Virus record (IMG/VR): IMGVR_UViG_3300036770_005357
Strand: one strand, 5' to 3'
Source: a virus
Taxonomy: Duplodnaviria > Caudoviricetes
DNA length: 64,000 nucleotides
Below the pieces are notes generated by a model, which was given only the letters and a program-made list of their open reading frames with translations, was not told the origin of the DNA and searched no databases. Within the stretch, counting starts at the first letter, position 1. Each line of letters begins with the position of its first letter. This document shows positions 27,328 to 36,930 of this stretch, in pieces. The translations under genes and the position numbers were made by a program.

Positions 27328-28320
27328 TTAAGCGGTTGGTTGGGCTGGTTGTTGTGTTGGTTGCGCTGGTTGAGCTGGTTGTGGAGGAGTTTGTTGTTCT
27401 TCGTCTCCGGTTACAGTATTTGTTGGTGTTGCTGAAGGTTGATCTTGCACAAGAGCTTTAGATTTAGCTACTTGGTATTGATCTTTAGGCTTTAATTTAT
27501 CAGCATTACCCATTATTTTAACTTTGAAACCAGGCTTTACAAAGAATTTAGCCACCTTTTGTTTATTTTCTTCACGGCCGATTATTATTACTACATAACG
27601 ATCATAATAATAATCAATACTTACACCGGTAACATTAATAGTATAATCAGCTTCGGGTTGTTTAAATCCTTTGCTAGCTCTAACAACAATCTTTTTACCT
27701 AAAATTTTATCTTGTATAGTCTTTTGTAAATTGACTTTTAAAGATTCGGTGCTATTCTTCAACTTTTGATCAAACGCAGTAAAATCTGGTTGAATATCAT
27801 ATGAGGTTATATTGACTTGTGGAGTAGCTGGTTGAGTAGGCGGTTGAACAGCTTGTGGTTGTGCTGCGGGTTGACCCTCTTGTTCGTACTTAAGACCGTT
27901 TATACCCTCTGTTACAGGTAATTGACCTTGTTTAAAACCAACCAAATTCGGATCTATATCAGGATCGTTGTGTTGTACTAAACCATCTTTATTCTTAAAT
28001 GTTGGTACCGGCTCAATATTTTGTGCAGGTGTAACATAAGCCGGTTCACTATACATTTGATTTTCCAAAGCATAGTTTTTACTATGAGCAATAGGTTTAG
28101 CTAATGAATAACCACCTTGTTTTATTGTATCGGGTCTGGCTCCTCTTTTACTAAAAGCAAATGGTGTTCTTGCAGCATCACCGCCAACTTGTACACCACC
28201 TGTAGCTACAGCCATAGTACCAGTAGTACTTGCTTCTTGTCTCAATTTAAAAGCCTTTATAGCTTTCTTAACTTTTTCTTTAAGACTTGGTTTCATTAAT
28301 GATTTTCTTAAGTTCTTCAA
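27328..28320 (-). CDS. conserved head-module hypothetical protein
   Basis: 330 aa with EASTTG...TPFAF N-terminal motif and P/Q-rich linkers, between portal and protease. Confidence 0.6.
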   Translation of the reverse strand: MKNLRKSLMKPSLKEKVKKAIKAFKLRQEASTTGTMAVATGGVQVGGDAARTPFAFSKRGARPDTIKQGGYSLAKPIAHSKNYALENQMYSEPAYVTPAQNIEPVPTFKNKDGLVQHNDPDIDPNLVGFKQGQLPVTEGINGLKYEQEGQPAAQPQAVQPPTQPATPQVNITSYDIQPDFTAFDQKLKNSTESLKVNLQKTIQDKILGKKIVVRASKGFKQPEADYTINVTGVSIDYYYDRYVVIIIGREENKQKVAKFFVKPGFKVKIMGNADKLKPKDQYQVAKSKALVQDQPSATPTNTVTGDEEQQTPPQPAQPAQPTQQPAQPTA

Positions 28321-29152
28321 CTAATTCGTAAGCATTGAGTAAAGATGATAATTGATTTTCCTTTACAACGCCTGTAAGTGTTTTTGAAGAAAATTGACTA
28401 ATAACCTCATTCATCTTAATCTTCACAACTTCGGAATTAACTGTTTGAATATTTTCTTTCAAAATAGTTGAAACTCTCTTATACTCATCATTAACAAATT
28501 GAGTAAATTTGCTGGAATTGGATATATTAGTAATATATTCCTTTAATAATTTCTTTTGATCTGGCAACAAGTTGCTATACTTCTTGTTGAAGTTTTCAAT
28601 GAGGAATTTATATGCAATTAAACGAACTTCGGCAGGTTGACTACCATAAACATCTAATGGTTCATCACTACCCTTCTTTTCACGAATCAAATTTTCAACG
28701 ATATATTCTCTGCTTTCAACCAATTCGTTTACATCAAATTTAACTTGATTGTTTGTGCAATCTTCAAACAACTTATAAACGGAAGCATACAATTTATAAT
28801 TTGGAATCTTGTTCTTTAAAAATTCGTCAATATTGTATTTTTCTTTTACTTCCTTGATTAAATTGTACTTTTGTTTATCCAACTCTCTTTCATTTAACTT
28901 TGAACGAGTTTGTAGAACTACATTCAATATACGATCGGCGGATGCAGCGTCTTTGCTGCTTTGTTGTACAATAAAATTATAGAGTTGAACTTCTTTGCCC
29001 AACTCTTTGCTTTCGTGGAAATATTTAAACATTAAATTCTTTGTAAATGACTCATCACGTCCCGCCAAAATGTCCGCTGTAATTTGGCGAGTCAACAATT
29101 CAAACAATATTCCAGCATTCTTAAATTTAGAATGTTTTGCTCGTTTATGCAT
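28280..29152 (-). CDS. conserved head-module hypothetical protein (possible prohead core component)
   Basis: KHSKFKNAGILFELLTRQIT N-terminus, helical, directly downstream of portal. Confidence 0.65.
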   Translation of the reverse strand: MHKRAKHSKFKNAGILFELLTRQITADILAGRDESFTKNLMFKYFHESKELGKEVQLYNFIVQQSSKDAASADRILNVVLQTRSKLNERELDKQKYNLIKEVKEKYNIDEFLKNKIPNYKLYASVYKLFEDCTNNQVKFDVNELVESREYIVENLIREKKGSDEPLDVYGSQPAEVRLIAYKFLIENFNKKYSNLLPDQKKLLKEYITNISNSSKFTQFVNDEYKRVSTILKENIQTVNSEVVKIKMNEVISQFSSKTLTGVVKENQLSSLLNAYELVEELKKIINETKS

Positions 29153-29208
29153 ATTTAATATTATTATTTATAAATATAAGAAACTTAAGTAAATATATAC
29201 TATTTATG

Positions 29209-31110
29209 TCATTCTTTTATATTTAATTCATCCATGTAGGATTTTTCTTCTCCTTCCCTTAAAATTTGTCTTTCTTCCTCAACAGTATTCAATAAATCAT
29301 TTAAGCCACTCAATGCTTCTAATGATAGTGGTGATTTATTTTTATATTTGTGAGTTGGTGATAAATCGGACTTTCTATTATTCTCTAATGTACCCAATGG
29401 ATCTTCTCCAAATGGATAATCACTAGCCTTTTTACGACCGGTTTGATCTCTTTCAGTCAATTTAGGAGCTTCTGTCCCACCCGTTTCACCTGCACCAGCT
29501 TCTGTACCACCACCGCCGGTTTCACCACCAGCTTCTGCACCTCCAGTGGTTTCAGTACCACCCGTTTCTCCACCACCACCTTCCGTCCCACCACCTTCAC
29601 CTTCTTTTTCTTTGGATTTTAAGAAAGATAATGCTGGATCATTACCTTCTTCTTCAATTTGTTTAAATCTATAAGTGCCTTTAGCATCATCAACGAGTTG
29701 TTTTTGTAATTCAACCATGTCTTGATCACTCAATCCAAAGACATTTTCATATACCCATTTTTTGCTAAATAACTTATTTTCAGCCATATCTTTACTTACT
29801 TCAACCTTACTCTTCCAAACATCAATCTTTTCTTTTTCAAATATAGTAGATGGATTAGTAAGTTCTAAACTAAAATCAACAAGTGATTCATCACGATAAC
29901 CTTGACTATACAAATGAATAACGGCAATTTTATTTAATTCACTTACAATAATTCTTTGAATTCTTTGAATTGTTCTAGCAAATCTAATATCTTCAGCTGC
30001 TAATGTTGCTTTACCACTCAAACTTTCATCGTATCCTAAGAACGCCTTTGGAATCTTAAGTGCAGCCATCATTTTGTTACGAAGATATTCAATATCATCC
30101 GTACCAGTCCATTCAAGACCACTTAAATTTTCAATGCTTGTACCACTATCACCACCACGAACAGGCAAGAAAAAGTCTTCAACCATGTTTTGTAGGTTGA
30201 ATCTCAAATTATAATCACCTGTTTGTTGATCAAGATATGGAACCTTTTTCATCTGAGTAATAATTCTTTCCATATGATTATCAACTTCATTTGGAGGAAT
30301 ATTACCGATGTCAATCTTGAATATTCTCTTTTCAGGAGCACGCATAATACGATGAATTAACATTGCGTCTTCCATCAAACTCAATTGTTTCCATACACGA
30401 CGAGCACCTTCCATCATACTCTTACCATATGGTAAAAAGTTGCTGTCACTCAATAATCTAAAATGAGCAATTTGATAATTTTCACATTCTTCAATTTTAT
30501 TGCCGTAAGGAAGATTAACTTGGAAACGAACAAAATTTTTATTTTTTAAATCTGCATTTTCTATACGAGTAACATAATATGTACTCATCGGTTCAACTAA
30601 ATAAACACCATATTCAGGACTAATATGTAACTTAAGATAAAAGTCTCCGTACTTAACTAAACTACGAGTCCAACTCCACAAATTAAATTCAATATTAAGA
30701 ATGTCATAAAATAAATTATTGAGTATGTTCTTTATTTCGTCGTTATTAGAACGAACCGTTATAACATCGCCCATTTCATTTCGTGTAGTACATTCATCAG
30801 CATATATGTCTAAAGCGGATGCTAGAATTGGATCCATATCCATCGTATCATAATCTCTAAATAATTCTACACGGCTACTTTGATAACTAAGATTAAAGTC
30901 TCTAGTATATTGATTATATGATGAGGTACGAAGTCTATTAAAACGATCTCTTAGACTATTACGATCTGTAGCGTATTGAATTTCATCGGTATCAATTACC
31001 TTGAGTTTCTTACCACCTACATTTCTGACAATTACATCGTTGCTAAATAATCGTTTTAATCTAGCAAACAATGATCTATTCCTAAGCTCTTGAAATGTGT
31101 TATCAGCCAT
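29209..31110 (-). CDS. gp20: portal protein (T4 gp20-like)
   Basis: KYGDFYL, PYGKSM, EDAMLIHRIMRAPEKRIFKIDIGN, EDFFLPVRG and ALKIPKAFL motifs. Gly/Glu low-complexity tail. Confidence 0.96.
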   Translation of the reverse strand: MADNTFQELRNRSLFARLKRLFSNDVIVRNVGGKKLKVIDTDEIQYATDRNSLRDRFNRLRTSSYNQYTRDFNLSYQSSRVELFRDYDTMDMDPILASALDIYADECTTRNEMGDVITVRSNNDEIKNILNNLFYDILNIEFNLWSWTRSLVKYGDFYLKLHISPEYGVYLVEPMSTYYVTRIENADLKNKNFVRFQVNLPYGNKIEECENYQIAHFRLLSDSNFLPYGKSMMEGARRVWKQLSLMEDAMLIHRIMRAPEKRIFKIDIGNIPPNEVDNHMERIITQMKKVPYLDQQTGDYNLRFNLQNMVEDFFLPVRGGDSGTSIENLSGLEWTGTDDIEYLRNKMMAALKIPKAFLGYDESLSGKATLAAEDIRFARTIQRIQRIIVSELNKIAVIHLYSQGYRDESLVDFSLELTNPSTIFEKEKIDVWKSKVEVSKDMAENKLFSKKWVYENVFGLSDQDMVELQKQLVDDAKGTYRFKQIEEEGNDPALSFLKSKEKEGEGGGTEGGGGETGGTETTGGAEAGGETGGGGTEAGAGETGGTEAPKLTERDQTGRKKASDYPFGEDPLGTLENNRKSDLSPTHKYKNKSPLSLEALSGLNDLLNTVEEERQILREGEEKSYMDELNIKE

Positions 31111-31136
31111 ATTATTAGTCTATATTATATAAGTAT

Positions 31137-32759
31137 TTACAATAACCAATTTAAACTTTCTTTTTTACCCCCAGCAAATCCACCCTGTACTCCACCAGCA
31201 CTAAACTGCCATGTTTTCATGGGATCGTCTATTGGACTAACATCCCTCATATCTTTATTTGTTATAATCCCAGAATCTTTTCGTGTTATTTTACCCAACA
31301 TCGCTCTACTATAAGCTATTTGTTCATTTCTCAATTTTAAAGCAGTTTCTCTTACCCAGATTCCTATACCAAATGACATTACTAAATCGTCATTATAACC
31401 TTTCATAGCTTCTGCTTTAGGTCCATTCCACACAAATACATTAAGTTCTTCAAGTAATCTATTTGATTTTATAATAACTTGTTTTTGACGGAAAAATAAT
31501 TCTAAATTGCTAATAACCAACGGCCTTGTTTTAGTGGTTGTACTAAATCCGGGTATAAGTTTTTTATCTTGACCGTTAAGCTTATTAGTGTATGTTTTTT
31601 CAACATCTACAATTGCCAAATCGGCTGAACTATAGAAAGTGTTTTGATAATCTCTATCTATAACTTGTTGTAAAGCTGCCCATCCTTGGTTATTATTTTC
31701 TACAACAAGCAATGCGTTATTATATTCCGTTGCAACTGTTACTAATAAATTGCCATAATCTTTTGTGGTTAACTGACCTTTATATTCAGCTACTTGTTCC
31801 ATTGTTTCTATGTCTATAACATGAAACGCACTAAAATCAGCACCGTCTCCTCTAGCACAGTCAGCAGTAACCATGTAGTTTTTACTATAATTAGGATAGT
31901 CCCATATCCATAGATCTTGTTGACCACCTCTTTTTTCTATGGGATCTTTAACATGAGTTTGTTTATAGAATTCTAGAATATCAACACTTACAACTTGATT
32001 GCCGGATGTAGCAAAATCACAATCACATTCCTGTGCCGCACCTTTTACACCGGATAATTCGGTTTGTTTATCACGCCAAGCTTGATCTCTTTCGGGGTGT
32101 AAATGCCATGGCAATCGTATTGTTTTGAATTTATTCTTACCTTCTTCAGCTTCAACCCAAGTTTTATGAAAGAAGTTACCTACACCGTTTGGAGTGCTTA
32201 ATACAATAGCTCTACCACCTGTACTTAATGTATATTGTGCTGAAAGCCATATTTCTTCAATACCATCGATAAATGCAGCTTCGTCAATAATAAGTAAAGA
32301 AAGTGCTGCTGAACGACCTGCTGTACCAGCACTACTAACGGCTTTAATTTGACTGCCATTCTTTAATCTTAAACTTAAACGATTATCTTCTACACACGGT
32401 ACCTTTAACCAAGCTGGTAAATTATCATTTGCAAATCTTACTTTAGTAACAATTTCTTTAGCAGTTTCTTGTGTAATACTGATACAAAGAATATTTTTAT
32501 CACTGTGAAATGTCATTAGCCAAAGACTATATGCAGCAGTCAATGTACTTATACCCATCTGACGACTTTTAAGTACTATATTTAGACTATTATCTACAAA
32601 GTCTCTAAGAGTATTTTCTTGAAACGGATATAATTCAAATGAAACGGTACCACGAACTGGATGTTGGATCTTTACATACTTTTTCATGAAGTATATAGGA
32701 TCCTCTATACACCTCTTATACTCAGCTTTTATTATTTCTCTTAGATTTGGCTGACTCAT
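31137..32759 (-). CDS. gp17: terminase large subunit (T4 gp17-like)
   Basis: Walker A LKSRQMGIST, Walker B IIDEAAFI, STPNG, nuclease ADCARGDGADFS and NDDLVM. Confidence 0.96.
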   Translation of the reverse strand: MSQPNLREIIKAEYKRCIEDPIYFMKKYVKIQHPVRGTVSFELYPFQENTLRDFVDNSLNIVLKSRQMGISTLTAAYSLWLMTFHSDKNILCISITQETAKEIVTKVRFANDNLPAWLKVPCVEDNRLSLRLKNGSQIKAVSSAGTAGRSAALSLLIIDEAAFIDGIEEIWLSAQYTLSTGGRAIVLSTPNGVGNFFHKTWVEAEEGKNKFKTIRLPWHLHPERDQAWRDKQTELSGVKGAAQECDCDFATSGNQVVSVDILEFYKQTHVKDPIEKRGGQQDLWIWDYPNYSKNYMVTADCARGDGADFSAFHVIDIETMEQVAEYKGQLTTKDYGNLLVTVATEYNNALLVVENNNQGWAALQQVIDRDYQNTFYSSADLAIVDVEKTYTNKLNGQDKKLIPGFSTTTKTRPLVISNLELFFRQKQVIIKSNRLLEELNVFVWNGPKAEAMKGYNDDLVMSFGIGIWVRETALKLRNEQIAYSRAMLGKITRKDSGIITNKDMRDVSPIDDPMKTWQFSAGGVQGGFAGGKKESLNWLL

Positions 32760-33390
32760 ATATAGCCTCTAATTCTTTAATTCTATCATCAATCACAGCA
32801 AGTCTTTCATATATAACTTTTAAATCCGATGTTACATCGTTATATATTTTACTATAATCCTCCTTGCCCTCCCAAACCTCTGTAGTACCATCTTCTTCCA
32901 CAAATGTTACGGGTCTACCTTCTTTGTGTTGTTCACACCAATGTTTGGTTTCTTCAAACTTTTGTTTGATATCATTCAACATTGCTTTTTCATTACGGAT
33001 ATCTCTTAGTTCATTGAACTCTTTCCAAACCCCCATTATTTTTAGATTAGTTTCTTCTTCAATAAAACAATCGTAACACAGTTGTGTTTTTGGCCATACT
33101 TGATCATCTAAATAATTACCAAATCGTATATCAGCATTACAATGTTTACATCTTTGTTCATTAACGATTGTTGCTTTTCTTGGCAATCGTTTCTTATAAC
33201 CATTCTTCATTATCCACTTGTTACCATAACCGTCTTCCCATTGTTCTCCTTCTTTTCTTTTTGCATTTTCTAAGTTGGGATCGTAACCGACTTGTACGAA
33301 TGCCTTTTCTCCATTTAAATAACTTTTAACTATATCTAAATTAGATCTGCCCGTTTTTAATTTTATATTTTTGCCCGTATTAGTCCTCAT
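32722..33390 (-). CDS. hypothetical protein with CxxC...CxxC upstream of terminase
   Basis: CKHC and CYDC pairs, C-terminal coiled coil, overlaps the terminase start. Confidence 0.6.
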   Translation of the reverse strand: MRTNTGKNIKLKTGRSNLDIVKSYLNGEKAFVQVGYDPNLENAKRKEGEQWEDGYGNKWIMKNGYKKRLPRKATIVNEQRCKHCNADIRFGNYLDDQVWPKTQLCYDCFIEEETNLKIMGVWKEFNELRDIRNEKAMLNDIKQKFEETKHWCEQHKEGRPVTFVEEDGTTEVWEGKEDYSKIYNDVTSDLKVIYERLAVIDDRIKELEAIYESAKSKRNNKS

Positions 33391-34183
33391 AACTTATAAT
33401 CCATCCTTTATATTGTTTATATTTTTTCTTTTTTCCATCTAATAGATAGTAAACATCTGGACATAATTTATATTTTTTTCTAAAATCAAACATAGTTCCT
33501 ACGAATTCTTCATTTAAGTGTTTGTTACAAAATTTGTATACTGTAGAAATAAAATTCGGATGATCATATCCCTTTCTCGCAAATAGATTCGTCTTTCCCA
33601 TTTTTTCTTTCGATTTAATTTTCTTCAACCGGATTCCCTCTTTGCTATTCCAAAATTGATTACTAGCAATAGACATTATTTTTTTATTTTTATCGGAGTG
33701 TGTTTTTTTATACATTGGATTTTTTTCTGCCAAAAACTTCCCCTTATTTTTTCCTTTTAATTTTTCTGAAAGCAATCTACGAGTTTGTTCAGTATGATGT
33801 TTTCCAAAAAACGGATTTTTTTCGCCCGATGTTCTATAAGAAATTTGTTTACGATGGTTTTTTGTGAGTTTTCTTCCAAATGGACTGTCAGCTGAAGGAT
33901 TAATATTATATTTAGGCTGTATCATATCTAAATAATACTGTTCTTTTATTAAACATTCGGATGGTTCACAATATTCTATAATTTCAAATTTAAAATTATT
34001 CTCACCGTATTTGTTCCACGCTCTTTGCAGAATTATAGAATGATGTTTGTTATTTTTTAATTGATGCACATGTGTATTCCATCTTTTATTAAATGTATAC
34101 GCAGCGCTACCGATATAACAATTATTATTAATAATATTTCTTATTCTATATATACCCGTATTGAGTATCGACCTTTCACTCAT
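33380..34183 (-). mobile_element. free-standing GIY-YIG homing endonuclease with NUMOD3 repeats
   Basis: GIYRIRN...CYIGSA, RWNTH, NPFFGKHH and NPMYKKTH motifs. Confidence 0.88.
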
Positions 34184-34266
34184 ATAGAATAAATATGATA
34201 AAAAAATTTAAAAATTGATAAATTACTCTTTCCAATTGCTCTTTTCATATAACCTATATATTTAAT

Positions 34267-35301
34267 TTATTTACCAAACTTGCTGCCGAGACCTTTTATA
34301 ATAAAACTTCCCGTAATTTTAAATGGTCCACTGTATATACTATTATCTCTAACAACAATGCCTTCATGTTTTTCAAGATCACCTATTTCACTTGTAGCAT
34401 TCTTTAATATTTCATCGCCTAACTTAATAGTTGTTAAATAAACAATAGTATCATTAATTACTTTTTGTATATCTTGACCAACAAAATCTTCTTCTATATT
34501 CTTACTTTCAGTTGCTTTCAAAAAATCTTGACGAGTAATTAATGGAGTACTAATCTTCACCGTCTTTAACCAGTCTTTAAGTGGTTTTGTAACTTCAATT
34601 CCACTTGGATACAAAGTTACGGGAGTCATTAAAGCTGATGCTAAATTTGGATCCGATTTAAATGTGGTATCTACACTACCTAATACTTTAAAGCCATGTT
34701 TCATCGCAACCTTATTTAGTTTATTGATATAAGATTGCATTGCTGTTTTATCATATGGTATTTCTGTAGCCTCACGACTCTTTACTTGACCGTCTTTACC
34801 AAATGTTTTTGGTTTAATTTCTTTTAATCCATGTATTGCTAAAAAGTTACCGATATCACCATAACCTACCACATTGGTTTGACCTTCTACATATTCAATA
34901 TTTAATAATATATTTGGATTGTCCAATAGACCGAGTTTCTTTAATTCAGTTTTAGTTGATGGTACCGCTTCGTCAAATATATTAATGACTTTAGCACCTA
35001 TCTTTATAAAACCGTGACCAGGTTCAAATCTAGCAGACAAATCTTCTGGACGCATACCTTTAATATCCAAAGGTTTAGCACTACCACGATCCATAACAAA
35101 TTTACCATCAACTAATCGTATGCTAGCATTTACACCGTCAATCTTTACACTACCAGCTCCTTTTTTAAGCGACTTTACAGCTTTAACAAATACATCTACA
35201 AGCTGTTTACCTGTTGATGTAAAATCAAATGGATGTGCCATATGTCCACCTGCACCGCCTTCTCTAAGCACTTCATTGAGTATACTATTAAATGTGATCA
35301 T
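34267..35301 (-). CDS. conserved phage protein with ligase/nucleotidyltransferase-like motifs
   Basis: EGGAGGHMAHPFD N-terminus. KIDG (motif I, 35134-35145), NIEY, HEGIVVR (motif IV) and FKI (motif V). Confidence 0.55.
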   Translation of the reverse strand: MITFNSILNEVLREGGAGGHMAHPFDFTSTGKQLVDVFVKAVKSLKKGAGSVKIDGVNASIRLVDGKFVMDRGSAKPLDIKGMRPEDLSARFEPGHGFIKIGAKVINIFDEAVPSTKTELKKLGLLDNPNILLNIEYVEGQTNVVGYGDIGNFLAIHGLKEIKPKTFGKDGQVKSREATEIPYDKTAMQSYINKLNKVAMKHGFKVLGSVDTTFKSDPNLASALMTPVTLYPSGIEVTKPLKDWLKTVKISTPLITRQDFLKATESKNIEEDFVGQDIQKVINDTIVYLTTIKLGDEILKNATSEIGDLEKHEGIVVRDNSIYSGPFKITGSFIIKGLGSKFGK

Positions 35302-35302
35302 A

Positions 35303-36070
35303 TTATTTTAAGAATGTTTTTTCAAATACTGGTATTGCTTTTTTGTAAGATTTTTGAGTTTCATCACGATCGTCGTTTGTAAATTGCCAATTCCAAAACA
35401 ATTCGTCGGGAGTTTTAAATTTATAATATTCACCTAAAACTTTTTTTTGTGTATTTACAACTTCATTACCATTCCACTGTTGTCCTACCGCAATAAAGCC
35501 TGTTTCTATATTATTTACAATATTATTTTCTCCGAGTGTACTATGTCTATTTTCAATCCAAGTCAATCTTTCAATTAATTTTTGATAATAACCATTAGCT
35601 TGACCCCATCTTATACTTGCAAAGAAAACCACACAATCGCTTTCAAATAACTCTTTTGTAATTTTCCACAATTCATCACTTTTATTATTTAAACTTGCCC
35701 AACAACGGTGATAACCACTTGGGTTTTTAGAATCATCCTTCAACAAAGCACCCTTAACGCCACAGTGATTGTATCCATATTCTTTATTACTACTTACATT
35801 ACCTTCACATGGAAATATATTAAGTTTTGTTGTGTCAATTAAAGATACTTTTTCTTTACCTAAAAGTTCTTGTATCTTTATAGCTAACTGGCTACTTTTA
35901 GGCACATCATCTTTATGTTGAATCCATCTGTTACTTGTAGTGAGTAAAAGTACTTTATCTTTATTACGAAGATAATCTATGGTCTTTTTATACTTACGGG
36001 CATGATAATCCATATCTTGCTCGCTTTGAGGTAACTTCGCTTCAAGTAATAAATCTGAAAGACTAATCAT
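35303..36070 (-). CDS. flavodoxin-fold NAD(P)H-dependent FMN reductase / iron-sulfur flavoprotein-like
   Basis: VLLLTTSNR, LNIFPCEG..HC..RCW, ESDCVVFFASIRWG and YQKLIERL. Leader MISLSDLLLE. Confidence 0.75.
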   Translation of the reverse strand: MISLSDLLLEAKLPQSEQDMDYHARKYKKTIDYLRNKDKVLLLTTSNRWIQHKDDVPKSSQLAIKIQELLGKEKVSLIDTTKLNIFPCEGNVSSNKEYGYNHCGVKGALLKDDSKNPSGYHRCWASLNNKSDELWKITKELFESDCVVFFASIRWGQANGYYQKLIERLTWIENRHSTLGENNIVNNIETGFIAVGQQWNGNEVVNTQKKVLGEYYKFKTPDELFWNWQFTNDDRDETQKSYKKAIPVFEKTFLK

Positions 36071-36092
36071 TGTATATAAATATTCAAATTAT

Positions 36093-36836
36093 TTAGGTTT
36101 CCCAAACTATTTTAACATTATAACCTTTATTTTCAAAATTTTTGATTCGTTCATTGTCTTTTTGCCAAATTTGTTTGGCTGTCATTTTTATATTTTTATG
36201 ATAATAATCTGCTTTATATAAATTGGGATTGCAATGCCAATAATTTCCAAAACATTCTATTATTAGTTTTTTTGACGGAACATATATATCTACAGACTTA
36301 TTTATATCTGAGAGATATTCTTCTAATAAAGCATCTGGATATTCTAATTTAATTTTTTCATAAATTCTTTTTTGAAACTTAGATATTGTTTTGCCATTTG
36401 ACTTGACGTGGGGTAAATAAACTGTATAAGGAACTCCGTATTTAGCTAAACAAGTTTCCACAGATTTTTCTGTATTATTGTAATTTTCATTTCCGTATTT
36501 TTTAAGTTTTGTTGTTTTTACTTTAAATTGACACTTTTTATTAAACCAATGATTTTTATTTGAATTTGCCCATTTTTTTAATTTTTCTCGTTTTTCATCG
36601 GATGTTCTATTGCATTCATTTGAACAATATTGAGTAGGTTTACCACTTTTTGGATGCAATATATTTTTGTATCTTTCAAATTCTTTTCCACATTTTAAAC
36701 ATTTGACTACTTCTCTATTTTGACTTTTTCTCCAATCATACATTGCATTTTTATCAATAAATCTTTGATTTCTATGTTTAAAATCGACATAGAATTCTTT
36801 ACCTGTCCATTCACATATTTTTTTAATATTTTTCAT
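36093..36836 (-). mobile_element. Vsr/DUF559-like PD-(D/E)XK putative homing endonuclease with Zn-finger N-terminus
   Basis: SVDIYVPSKKLIIECFGNYWHCNP, CLKCGKEF..YCS..C and KYG..Y repeats. Confidence 0.75.
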
Positions 36837-36890
36837 ATTAATAAATAGTATTAAGAGTGGGTAAAAAGTTAAAATCTTAGTAGATAAAAT

Positions 36891-36918
36891 AAAACCTCAT
36901 CACACACGATGAGGTTTT
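36891..36918 (-). terminator. rho-independent terminator after tail sheath gene
   Basis: 11-bp inverted repeat AAAACCTCATC/GATGAGGTTTT with a 6-nt loop, 12 nt past the sheath stop and flanked by T/A runs. Confidence 0.8.
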
Positions 36919-36930
36919 TGTTTTTACTTA

